Source: Candidatus Polarisedimenticolaceae bacterium
Lineage (GTDB): Bacteria; Acidobacteriota; Polarisedimenticolia; Polarisedimenticolales; Polarisedimenticolaceae
Direction of reading: 5' to 3'
Length of the DNA: 27,040 bases
NCBI GenBank assembly: GCA_041625075.1
Contig: JBFJTV010000001.1
Coordinates: forward strand, 1-27,040
Part shown: in pieces, positions 1 through 7,906 of the stretch
Position numbering within the stretch: the first letter of the stretch is position 1
How the letters are laid out: every line of letters starts with the position of its first letter
The notes under the pieces: generated by a model
Seen by the model: only the letters and a program-made list of their open reading frames with translations
What the model was told of the DNA's origin: nothing
Database searches by the model: none
Translations under genes and position numbers: made by a program

Positions 1-3000
1 GCGCCCGAGTTCTCATCGCGCACCGTGGTTCCGTCGGTCAGGCCGTAGGCGGTGCCGTCCACGGTCGTCGCGGCATCCAGCACGTCGGGAAGGTCGAGAC
101 TGACGGAGACCCTCCACCACGAGCCCTGGTCGGGAGGCGTCGCCGGCACGAACCGCATGGCGTTGGCGTCGACGATGGCGTTGGCGTTGGCCAGGAACTG
201 CCGCAGACTGCCTTGGACGGTGCGCGCGGCCGAGCCGTCGTCATCGGTGTTGTCGCCGCCGCGCTCGTTGGTGACGACGTTGAAGCTGAAGCCGAGATCC
301 ACCTCCGTCGCGTTTGCCGACAGGGCCACCCGCGTGACGTGCTGCGCGGTGGCCAGCGCCGAGGCGTCGTCCGAGACGCCGCCCAGCCTGCCGCCAAGGC
401 AGGCGCCCGCCGAGCCTCGTTCCGTCGTCCCGCCGCTCCCGTCGGCGCACAGCGCACCGATCGGGCCATGGGTCTGCTCGGCCCAGACGTCGCCCTGATT
501 TGAACCGAGATTGAAGCCGCCACTCGGTGCGACGTCTTTCGAGTCCACCACCACCCAGTAGGTGCCGGCACCCAGATACTTGAAGGCGTAATCGCCGCTG
601 GCGTTCGTGGTAGTGGTCACCACGAGAGCGTCGTCCCCTCCGTCGGCCTGGCCATCGCCCCCGTCGAGATAGAGCGAGACGTCGACGTTCGGTGCAGGTA
701 CCCCGTCCGCGAGATCGGCATCCCCGTTCGGGTCCTCCAGAACCGCTCCCCTGATCTCGAAGGGTTCGACTACGGCGTTCCCGCTGAACTCGGAGGTCGA
801 GCCTCCGATCGTCGCCGTCGACGTCAGCCGGGTGCCCTGAAAGACGCCCGAGGGAACCGGAATCTCGAAGTGGAAGCGATTGGTCGTGTCGCTTCCCTGA
901 CTAAGGTTGTTGATCAAACCCGGGCCATAGCTCCCGGTCGTGGCATCGAGATCGGCGGCGGAGCCTTCGGTCAGCGTCGTCAGGTAGGTCTTTCCCTCGC
1001 CGAAACCGCTCGCGTCCGGCTCGGCGATGAATAACTCGATGACCGACCCGGGCCGTGCGAAACCCTTCAGGACCAGAGTGGTTGCCACGATTTCTGCGGT
1101 TTCCAGGATCGGGTAGTTCAGCAGACCGTTGCCGCCGGAGTCGCCGTCGCCCGAGTCGTTGAGCGTGACGAACGGGCTGTTGCCGCGTGCCTGATCGCCG
1201 CCCGCGAGCAGGTCGATGCCGATCTGGCCGCTCGCCGCCCCGATCGTGCCGTTGTCATAGATCGAGTTGCGGGTGATGGTGTTCTGCGTCGATCCCGACG
1301 TCACCATCACGCCCGCGCCGAAATTCTCGAACAGGATGTTGCGATCGACCAGGTGGCCGGTCCCGAACAGGCGAATCCCCGGGGTCTCGGCGCCACCGGT
1401 GCCGTTCTGCGTGAAGGTGTTGTTCTCGAGGGTCAGCGCGGCCGTGGGAGTTGCGAGGTCTAGGCCGGCGCCCTGGTTGGCGGCGACGAGGTTGCCGCGA
1501 ACCGTGTTGCTGCCGCTGTTCTCGAGGAAGATGCCGTTGAGCGTGTTGTTCGAGGTCGCGTTTCCACGGATCTCGTTGCCCTCGATGGTCCAACCGTCGA
1601 CGTTGTTCCGGGCACCGATGCCGTTGCCCCCGCTGAAGCCGATGAGGTTGTTAAGGATCGTCCCGCCATCGCCGTTGACGAGGCGGATGTTGTCGGCCGT
1701 GCCCGTTTCACCCGGATCGGTGAAGGCAGCGGCGCTCGCCCCGATGACGTTCTCCTCGATCAGAACCCCGGTCACGTCGCCCACGCGAATGCCGGCCTCG
1801 TTGTCATTGTTCTGCGCATCGCCGAAGCCGTAGATCGCCAGCCGCCGAACGACCGCGTCGTCTGCTTGCAAGTCGAGCCCGATATTGCGGTTGTTGACGT
1901 CGAGGATCTCGAATTCGGGCGCGCCGAGCGTCGAAAGGCTCAGGGAGTCAACGCCGACGACCCCTCCGGCGCCGAGCACGGCGGAGTTCTCGTCGCGAGG
2001 CGTGATCCCGTCGGCCAGTTCGTAGGCCGTGCCGTCCACCGTCGTCTCGGCGTCCAAGACGACGGGAAGGTCGAGACTGACCGCAACCCGCCACCACGAG
2101 CCCTGGTCGGGAGGCGTGGCGGGGACGAACCGCATGGCATTGGCGCCGCTGATGGCGTTGGCGTTGGCCAGGAACTGTCGCAGGCTGCCCTGGATCGTAC
2201 GGTTCGAGGAGCCGTCGTCGTCGGTGTTGTCGCCGCCCCGCTCGTTGGTGACGACGTTGAAGCTGAAGCCGAAATCGACGCCCGAGAGGTCGCCGGCACT
2301 GACGTCGGCCCGCCCCACGTGCTGGTACTCGTTGGAGGAAGGAGCGGTCACGGTGGGGTCCACGTCGTCCGAGACCCCGCCGGTTCGACCCCCGAACCGC
2401 GCGCCGACGTCCAGGGCCAGCGTCGTCGGGTCGTCGCCGTAGGTCTGCTCGGCCCACACGTCGCCCTGATCGAACCCGCCGTTGAACGCGACGCTCGGCG
2501 GCACGGTCATCGAGTCCACCGCGACGAGGTACTCGGTGTTGGTGCCGGCGTTGACCTGGATGGCGTAGTCACCGTTGGAATCGGTCGTGATCTCTCCGAC
2601 GAAGGGATCGCCCGGGTCGATCAGGCCGTCGCCGTTGAGGTCGGTGTAGAGCCGGACCCGCACGCCCGCGGCACCGACGGCATCGGCGAGATCGGCGTCG
2701 CCGTTGACGTCCTCGTACACCGTTCCCGAGATGCGTCGCAGGGCCGAGGGATCGTCGCCGAAATCGAAGCCGCACGGCGGCGGCCGCACCGAGGGCGTCA
2801 TCACGTGGTTCATGTACATCCGGCGGCCGTTCATGCTGGGGATGTCGCCGTTGCCGTAGTTGTGACCCCCGAGATAGAAGACCAGCGAGCCGAGACCGGC
2901 GGCGTTGACCTTGGTCGCGGTGGCGGCGTAGTGGTCGGTGCTCGGAGTGTCCTGGGCGTGCAGGTGGCTGTTGGGCCGGAAGCTGGAGGCCGGGGCCAGG

Positions 3001-3935
3001 ATGAAGTCATGGACCGAGCCCCCGACGCTCGCCAGCAGGCCCTCGAACTGGCTGTAGGGCAGATCGGCGTTGGGGTACAGGTAGCTCTCGCCGAGGTTGT
3101 CCTCGACGATGCCGTTGGTGGTCTGGAACAGCCCGAACGCGGTGTTGTTCTCGTAGGTCGTCAGGGCGACGCACTCTGCCAGGAAGTTGCCGCCGGCGCT
3201 GACGAACGCGCGGATCCCCTCGGTCTCGGTGTCGGCGCTGGTGCTGTCGAAGTGCGGCTCGCTGACGCTGGTGAAGCAGCTGTTCGCGTTGACCGTCAGC
3301 AGGCTGGCCGCGCCGATGACCTCGTAGTGCGTTCCGGCGACGAAGCCGGCGTTGTCGAGGAACGCGGTGTGGATACCGGCGTTGCCACCGTCGTCGAGCA
3401 CTCCGACCTTGCGCTTTTGCAGGATGTCGTGGCGAATGTCGATCGTCGCGTCCTGCGTCAGCTCGTAGACCGCGACCTGGTTGCCCCACGCCGTGATCTT
3501 GGGCATCGCGAAGTCGGCCCAGTCGGCGTGGATGATGAACGGGCCGCCACGGAAATCGAGCGTCGCGGCCGTGACCGGCGTCGGGAGAACGCGCTGCGCC
3601 TCGGCCGTGAAGTCGATGCCGTCCTTGGTCTTACCGGCGGCGATGGCCCACTTGACCGGAACCTCGTTCCACAACAGCTCGTTGACCAGCCCGTAGGCCC
3701 TCAGGTTGAAAGGCGCGACGAGGTTCTGCTTGTCGTTGTCCATCGGGATGACGAGGGACCCGGCGGGGATGAGCTCGAGATTAGGGGTGGGACCGGGAAG
3801 GTCGGGATCCGCCGACACACTCCCGGCGGCTAGCAATCCGGTGATGACGACGGCGAAGACGGACAGTGCGGCGCACCGTCCCCGCTTCAGCGAGGCAGTC
3901 TTCCAGCCGGTCCCCTCTGGCAGACTCGCACGCAC
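1..3935 (-). CDS. Giant secreted/surface repeat protein (adhesin/S-layer-like), 3'-truncated by the window: signal peptide, class-I GATase-like N-terminal domain, repeated SdrD-B-like + right-handed beta-helix units
   Basis: Manual translation of the minus frame (codons at 3k..3k+2); no stop seen in the stretches read from the putative GTG at 3935 to the edge (>1311 aa). Begins MRASLPEGTGWKTASLKRGRCAALSVFAVVITGLLAAGSVSA (signal-like), then IPAGSLVIPMDNDKQ, ISGTVYEDVNGDAD..TTDSNGDY, GSLRQFLANANA, IEENVIG/ILNNLIG/IEGNEIRGN rungs, IGIDL..VTLNDSGDGDSGGNGLLNYP, STSEFSGN. Missing from the ORF track, probably because it has no stop in the window. Start codon uncertain: weak RBS and the frame is open upstream. 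Confidence 0.9.
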   Translation of the reverse strand, partial: MRASLPEGTGWKTASLKRGRCAALSVFAVVITGLLAAGSVSADPDLPGPTPNLELIPAGSLVIPMDNDKQNLVAPFNLRAYGLVNELLWNEVPVKWAIAAGKTKDGIDFTAEAQRVLPTPVTAATLDFRGGPFIIHADWADFAMPKITAWGNQVAVYELTQDATIDIRHDILQKRKVGVLDDGGNAGIHTAFLDNAGFVAGTHYEVIGAASLLTVNANSCFTSVSEPHFDSTSADTETEGIRAFVSAGGNFLAECVALTTYENNTAFGLFQTTNGIVEDNLGESYLYPNADLPYSQFEGLLASVGGSVHDFILAPASSFRPNSHLHAQDTPSTDHYAATATKVNAAGLGSLVFYLGGHNYGNGDIPSMNGRRMYMNHVMTPSVRPPPCGFDFGDDPSALRRISGTVYEDVNGDADLADAVGAAGVRVRLYTDLNGDGLIDPGDPFVGEITTDSNGDYAIQVNAGTNTEYLVAVDSMTVPPSVAFNGGFDQGDVWAEQTYGDDPTTLALDVGARFGGRTGGVSDDVDPTVTAPSSNEYQHVGRADVSAGDLSGVDFGFSFNVVTNERGGDNTDDDGSSNRTIQGSLRQFLANANAISGANAMRFVPATPPDQGSWWRVAVSLDLPVVLDAETTVDGTAYELADGITPRDENSAVLGAGGVVGVDSLSLSTLGAPEFEILDVNNRNIGLDLQADDAVVRRLAIYGFGDAQNNDNEAGIRVGDVTGVLIEENVIGASAAAFTDPGETGTADNIRLVNGDGGTILNNLIGFSGGNGIGARNNVDGWTIEGNEIRGNATSNNTLNGIFLENSGSNTVRGNLVAANQGAGLDLATPTAALTLENNTFTQNGTGGAETPGIRLFGTGHLVDRNILFENFGAGVMVTSGSTQNTITRNSIYDNGTIGAASGQIGIDLLAGGDQARGNSPFVTLNDSGDGDSGGNGLLNYPILETAEIVATTLVLKGFARPGSVIELFIAEPDASGFGEGKTYLTTLTEGSAADLDATTGSYGPGLINNLSQGSDTTNRFHFEIPVPSGVFQGTRLTSTATIGGSTSEFSGNAVVEPFEIRGAVLEDPNGDADLADGVPAPNVDVSLYLDGGDGQADGGDDALVVTTTTNASGDYAFKYLGAGTYWVVVDSKDVAPSGGFNLGSNQGDVWAEQTHGPIGALCADGSGGTTERGSAGACLGGRLGGVSDDASALATAQHVTRVALSANATEVDLGFSFNVVTNERGGDNTDDDGSAARTVQGSLRQFLANANAIVDANAMRFVPATPPDQGSWWRVSVSLDLPDVLDAATTVDGTAYGLTDGTTVRDENSG
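6..302 (-). repeat. Intragenic repeat, copy 2 (partner of 1983..2279)
   Basis: VDLGFSFNVVTNERGGDNTDDDGSAARTVQGSLRQFLANANAIVDANAMRFVPATPPDQGSWW...RDENS; 86/99 aa identical to copy 1 by manual alignment; offset 1977 bp = 659 codons. Confidence 0.95.
1983..2279 (-). repeat. Intragenic repeat, copy 1 (partner of 6..302)
   Basis: VDFGFSFNVVTNERGGDNTDDDGSSNRTIQGSLRQFLANANAISGANAMRFVPATPPDQGSWW...RDENS; shared DNA such as ccaccacgagccctggtcgggaggcgt at 114 and 2091. Confidence 0.95.
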
Positions 3936-4124
3936 ACCGACACAGCTCGAGTTTCGATCACGAAGCCCGAAGCAACCCAAGAACCCTGCACCGCAAGTCC
4001 TCGATGGAGCGGGGTTCGGCGAGAGCGCGAGCCCTCGTCTAGGCCGAGTCGGCCCCTCAGCTGGCCGACCCGCCTCCGGTCTTCGCGGTTCGAAACTCTG
4101 AAGCGCCTCTCTCTTCCGACCAGT

Positions 4125-4154
4125 GGGTATGTACTCACCAATGAATACATGCCC
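4125..4154. promoter_or_regulatory. Imperfect inverted repeat in the leader of the giant gene (operator or RNA hairpin)
   Basis: gggtatgtactca-ccaa-tgaatacatgccc: 13-bp stem with one wobble and one mismatch, 4-nt loop. Confidence 0.45.
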
Positions 4155-4208
4155 TTGGACGGAAAAACTTATTCCTAAAAATCGAAAAGACAATATTGAT
4201 ATTTATTT

Positions 4209-4237
4209 ATTATAATCCTTTTGTGGTGAATAGACAA
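4209..4237 (-). promoter_or_regulatory. Sigma70-type promoter for the giant repeat gene
   Basis: Minus strand TTGTCT-(17 nt attcaccacaaaaggat)-TATAAT, inside a 29% GC patch (35/120 G+C in 4141..4260). Confidence 0.7.
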
Positions 4238-4388
4238 CATCCGGGTCAATATTTCTAAAAAAGTTCTACCGGTCGACGTGGCGGGTGACGCACCGGCGAG
4301 ATGATGATGAGTGAACAAGATGCGGGCGTGGTGCCCGCTCGGGACGACTCGATCCCTGCCGGATGAGCCTCCGAGAGGTTCTTCCTCC

Positions 4389-4886
4389 CTACTCTTCGGA
4401 CGGCTCGTCGGGCAGCGTCGAAACGTGGCCGATCAGAAACTGCCAGCCGTCGTCGCCGCGTTCGAGAACCACGGTCATCACCCCCGAGAACCCGAACGCC
4501 TGGTCGGGTCCGAAGACCACATGCCATGTGTACTCCGAGGTGACTACGGCGTTCCGCGGCGATAGGATCGTGATCCGCGGGTTCGCCGAGGTGTACTCGA
4601 CGCTCTCGACGCTGGAGTAGAACTGGGTGAGCGCTTCGGCGATCTCGTCCTTCGACTCGTAGGTTCGGCGTCCCGCCTCCATCCAGTAGAACCTCGCGTC
4701 GTCCGCGTAGAGATCGAGAGTGGACTCCCAGTCGCCGGCGTTCATCCTTGCCCTGAAGTCGGCGAGAAGCGCCTCGACCTCGGCCTGGATCTCGGCCGTG
4801 GGCATTTCGCGACTGTCCTCCTCGACCGTCACGCAGCCGAAGAGCGAGACCGCGCAGATCACCATCGCCGGAACCGCATAGCGCAT
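4389..4886 (-). CDS. SnoaL-like/NTF2-family (DUF4440-type) probable lipoprotein, 165 aa
   Basis: ATG at 4886 behind GGAGGTG; MRYAVPAMVICAVSLFGC lipobox-like; LADFRARMNAGDWESTLDLYADDA, TVVLERGDDGWQFLIGHVS typical of the NTF2 fold. Confidence 0.85.
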   Translation of the reverse strand: MRYAVPAMVICAVSLFGCVTVEEDSREMPTAEIQAEVEALLADFRARMNAGDWESTLDLYADDARFYWMEAGRRTYESKDEIAEALTQFYSSVESVEYTSANPRITILSPRNAVVTSEYTWHVVFGPDQAFGFSGVMTVVLERGDDGWQFLIGHVSTLPDEPSEE

Positions 4887-4956
4887 GAGTTCACCTCCCG
4901 TCACGTCGATGGGACGATTCTACGTCAGGAGGTGGTTGACTGGTTCGAGGACTCCG

Positions 4957-7404
4957 TCAGAAGGCGGTAAAGGTGATCGCCGGTTGGGTGTCGAGGACGA
5001 TTCCCTCGACTGTCACCACCACGTTTCCGGTGCCGGTGCCCGTGGAGGTGATCCTGAAGGTGAAGCTCCCGTCGAGGTTGTCCTTGCCGGGACCCGCCAT
5101 GGTGCCGGGTAAGACCGCGGCCGGATCCAGGCTCACCTCGCAGCCGGTGCCGATGCTCGTCCCGTCGCTCTCGCGCGGAACGACGGTCACCGTGGCAGTT
5201 GACGTCCCGTCCGTGGGTATGCTCGAAACGTCCAGCGAGACGGTCGACTGGAATGCATCGACGGGCGCGGAGAGCGGGTCGCCATCGTCAAAGCCGACAC
5301 GAGGCGCATCGGCGGGTACGTTGGCGTTCAACGACAACTTCAGGGGAATGCCCCCTTCTCTCTCGATGACGTAGAAGTAGTTCTCTCCGTCGCTCAGGCT
5401 TCCCGGCGTGTCATCATACGGAGCCTGGGTGACCGTCGCGTGGATACTTGCCGTTCTCACGGCCGACGGGTCGGTGGCGCGTCGAACAAGAACGTTCGGG
5501 CCGGCGAGACCGACCGGGGTCGTCTTACCGCTCTTGGGGTTGACCAGGATACGCTCGTCGTAGTCTTGACCGGAGGTCCCGAATATCGCGTCCTTGGGAG
5601 CGGTCAGCAGTGATGCTGCGGCATAGGAAACCAGTGCCGTCAAAACGATATCGTCCCCGCGGACGCCCAGATCGTTGAACGGCAGGGTCGCTTCGAGAAA
5701 CGAGTCGTTGTTCCAGGGTCCTGCGCCGCTGCCGAGACAGAAGTAGGATTGCGGGTAGGACTGCTCGAGGACGGCACCGCCACAGCCGTCGGTCAGGGTG
5801 TCGTCGCAGGAGTATCGCTCCACCGCGGCGGTGCTGCCGTCGAGCGTCGCGACAAGCGCGGCATCGACCATCCCGTCGACATCGGTGTCGATCAAGGTGG
5901 CCGCCGTGGCGTTTTGCGGAGGCACGTCGTCGAAGCCCATCAGCACGTGGAAGCTGTCCACCGTGTTGCTGGAAACGGCGAACCTCGTGAGATCGAGCCG
6001 GATCGGGTTGTCCCAGTCGTCGGGGCCACCCTGGTCGATGACGTCGAACTCGGTGCCCTCGGCGTCGAACCAATCGCTGAAGTCGCAATCGATCACGATG
6101 TCGGAGGCGGCCCCGTCGGTCAGCCTGCTGGGATAGGTCGCGGTATCATAGGCGAACACCATGTCGTCGTCGGCATCGTTGCCGGCGACCAGCTTGACCG
6201 AGAGCGATCGTCCCGCCGCAAACGCGTAAGTGACGTTTCCGAAATCGATCGAGTACTCGTTCCAGGAGCCCCAGCCGCCGCTCCAATCGAAGATGTCCCT
6301 GGCGCCCTGGGCGATGAGCGAGCAATCCGCTCCGAGTGAATCGCAATCGAGAAGGTAGGCTTCAGCCACGCCACGCTTGCCCGTTTTGAAGCTTTTCATG
6401 GCACTCCAGAACGTCAGGTTGACCGGACCGTCGAGATCGGGTCCGTCGGACGTGGCGACCCATTGCTCGTGCTTCTCCGGATCGGTCTCGCTCCAGCCGT
6501 TGCCGGTCGCGTAGAGGTACAAGCCGGGAAATCCGTGCCGGCCGGGAGTGTAGTTGGGCAGGACGCCCGCTGCCGGCGTTGCCACCGAGAGCGAGGCAAG
6601 GGGCACCCCGTCACCCTTGAGGTACAGGGTGGTGGAAACGGTCGGGGCCGGTCGTAGAGGTACGGCCACCGTTGCCCATTTCGCATTCGAGGCCTTGGAC
6701 CACGACGCCGTGACCGAGGCGGCGCCCGGCGCCGTGCTGGCCGCTCCTGCCGCATCGCCACCGCCGGGTCCGTAAAAAAGGTTCCAGTGCTGCGTCTGGC
6801 CGGCCAAGGGTGTCATCGATCCGGCGGAACCCTGCAACGCGAGGACATCCACCACGACTTCACCGGCCGCGCTTGACAGCGTCACGGACGGATCCAACGT
6901 GCCCGAGTCCGTCGAGAACGCCGAGGCGTAGGTCCCCAGCGGCGCCGCGGGATTCACGCCGAAGAACGACAAGGCCCCGCCGACCATCTTCGCGCCGCCG
7001 CTCAGCGTCACGGCGATGTTGGCCGTCCCCGTGGGTGGCGAGGCGAGGGACCAGATCTCCGCACGAACCGCGTCGTCGTGGTTGTTCCGCGCCCCGACGA
7101 ACGAGAGCTGCGCTCCGCCGTAGGTGATCTCCTGAACGGTGTTGCCGGCGTTGCGGATCGACACGCCGACGATGAGCAAGCGGTCGCCGCCGATTCCCAC
7201 GGTGTGCGGCCAGGTCAGAGTGGTCGCACTCCCCGTGGCGCTGCTGGTGCCGTCGACCGCGATGCCGGCGGAGACGGCGCTGGCCGAGAGCAAGAACAGC
7301 ACCAGAGCGACCGTCGGGGCACGCCAATCCGAAAGACATTTCGAGAGAAGGGGCGCGGCAGCGGCCCGTGCAGACTTTCTATGGCTGGGTTTTGTCGTGT
7401 TCAT
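4957..7404 (-). CDS. Secreted multidomain protein with C-terminal invasin/intimin-type Ig-like domain, 815 aa
   Basis: Signal-like VALVLFLLSASAVSA; N-terminal TLTWPHTVGIGGDRLLIVGVSIRN beta domain; DTDVDG Ca-loop-like motif; C-terminal STVSLDVSSIPTDGTSTATVTVVPRESDG...GTGNVVVTVEG resembling Big_1/invasin repeats; RBS GGGGGGTGAG. Confidence 0.85.
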   Translation of the reverse strand: MNTTKPSHRKSARAAAAPLLSKCLSDWRAPTVALVLFLLSASAVSAGIAVDGTSSATGSATTLTWPHTVGIGGDRLLIVGVSIRNAGNTVQEITYGGAQLSFVGARNNHDDAVRAEIWSLASPPTGTANIAVTLSGGAKMVGGALSFFGVNPAAPLGTYASAFSTDSGTLDPSVTLSSAAGEVVVDVLALQGSAGSMTPLAGQTQHWNLFYGPGGGDAAGAASTAPGAASVTASWSKASNAKWATVAVPLRPAPTVSTTLYLKGDGVPLASLSVATPAAGVLPNYTPGRHGFPGLYLYATGNGWSETDPEKHEQWVATSDGPDLDGPVNLTFWSAMKSFKTGKRGVAEAYLLDCDSLGADCSLIAQGARDIFDWSGGWGSWNEYSIDFGNVTYAFAAGRSLSVKLVAGNDADDDMVFAYDTATYPSRLTDGAASDIVIDCDFSDWFDAEGTEFDVIDQGGPDDWDNPIRLDLTRFAVSSNTVDSFHVLMGFDDVPPQNATAATLIDTDVDGMVDAALVATLDGSTAAVERYSCDDTLTDGCGGAVLEQSYPQSYFCLGSGAGPWNNDSFLEATLPFNDLGVRGDDIVLTALVSYAAASLLTAPKDAIFGTSGQDYDERILVNPKSGKTTPVGLAGPNVLVRRATDPSAVRTASIHATVTQAPYDDTPGSLSDGENYFYVIEREGGIPLKLSLNANVPADAPRVGFDDGDPLSAPVDAFQSTVSLDVSSIPTDGTSTATVTVVPRESDGTSIGTGCEVSLDPAAVLPGTMAGPGKDNLDGSFTFRITSTGTGTGNVVVTVEGIVLDTQPAITFTAF

Positions 7405-7440
7405 CGCTCACCCCCCAATCCAATGTCCGCCCCGTAAGGG

Positions 7441-7456
7441 ATCAAGACTTGTGCCA
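7441..7456 (-). promoter_or_regulatory. Candidate sigma54 (-24/-12) promoter for the 815-aa gene
   Basis: Minus strand TGGCAC-AAGTC-TTGAT against consensus TGGCAC-N5-TTGC; GG-N10-GA instead of GC; about 37 nt upstream of the ATG at 7404. Confidence 0.5.
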
Positions 7457-7553
7457 GCAGGGCGCCTCGCGGCCACAGCAACCAAATCGCTTGCTTCGGT
7501 TAGTTATTTGGCGCGGAGGTTGAAGCTAGGCGCTCAGCGCCCCGCCGGGGCGG

Positions 7554-7570
7554 TGTCGGGGAATCCGACA
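7554..7570. promoter_or_regulatory. Palindromic TGTCG-N7-CGACA site 1 (candidate enhancer-binding-protein UAS)
   Basis: tgtcg-gggaatc-cgaca, about 100 bp upstream of the -24 element. Confidence 0.5.
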
Positions 7571-7724
7571 GGGCTGGCGCCGTCCGGCACTCGAACCGAC
7601 CTCAACCCGTTCGTAAACAGGCGGATGCGCCGCTGTCTTGATCCCGGACAGAGCCTCCGCGTTCCGCCGAACCCCGCATCTCGTTGCTTACGCTGCGGTT
7701 TGTTCTCGGGTGATTCAGCACGGG

Positions 7725-7741
7725 TGTCGCCAAACGCGACA
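7725..7741. promoter_or_regulatory. Palindromic TGTCG-N7-CGACA site 2
   Basis: tgtcg-ccaaacg-cgaca; same arms and spacer length as site 1. Confidence 0.5.
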
Positions 7742-7906
7742 CGGCTCCCCATTGGACAGCATGGATCTGGTAGTCGCCCGCCGGAAGATTCTCGATGGAG
7801 TGCGGTTTCGTAATTTGCCAACCCCATCCGCGGGGCCGAACTTGTTTGAAGGAACGCGGCCGTGTCTGTCGGCCGTGAATCGGTCGTGAGACCCGGGGAG
7901 AGGAAG

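Larger units (their letters stand above)
7438..7645. repeat. 11-bp perfect inverted repeats gggatcaagac (7438..7448) / gtcttgatccc (7635..7645)
   Basis: Exact reverse complements read from the sequence; the left copy overlaps the -12 element of the sigma54-like promoter. Confidence 0.6.

Noticed and set aside
1866-3833. 655-aa plus-strand ORF, and the other ORF-track entries in 38..3833
   Set aside because: Antisense or off-frame shadows of the giant minus-strand gene; no family motifs, and long shadow ORFs are expected at high GC.
7575-7631. tRNA gene
   Set aside because: Too short and lacks D and anticodon arms; kept only as a low-interest structure.
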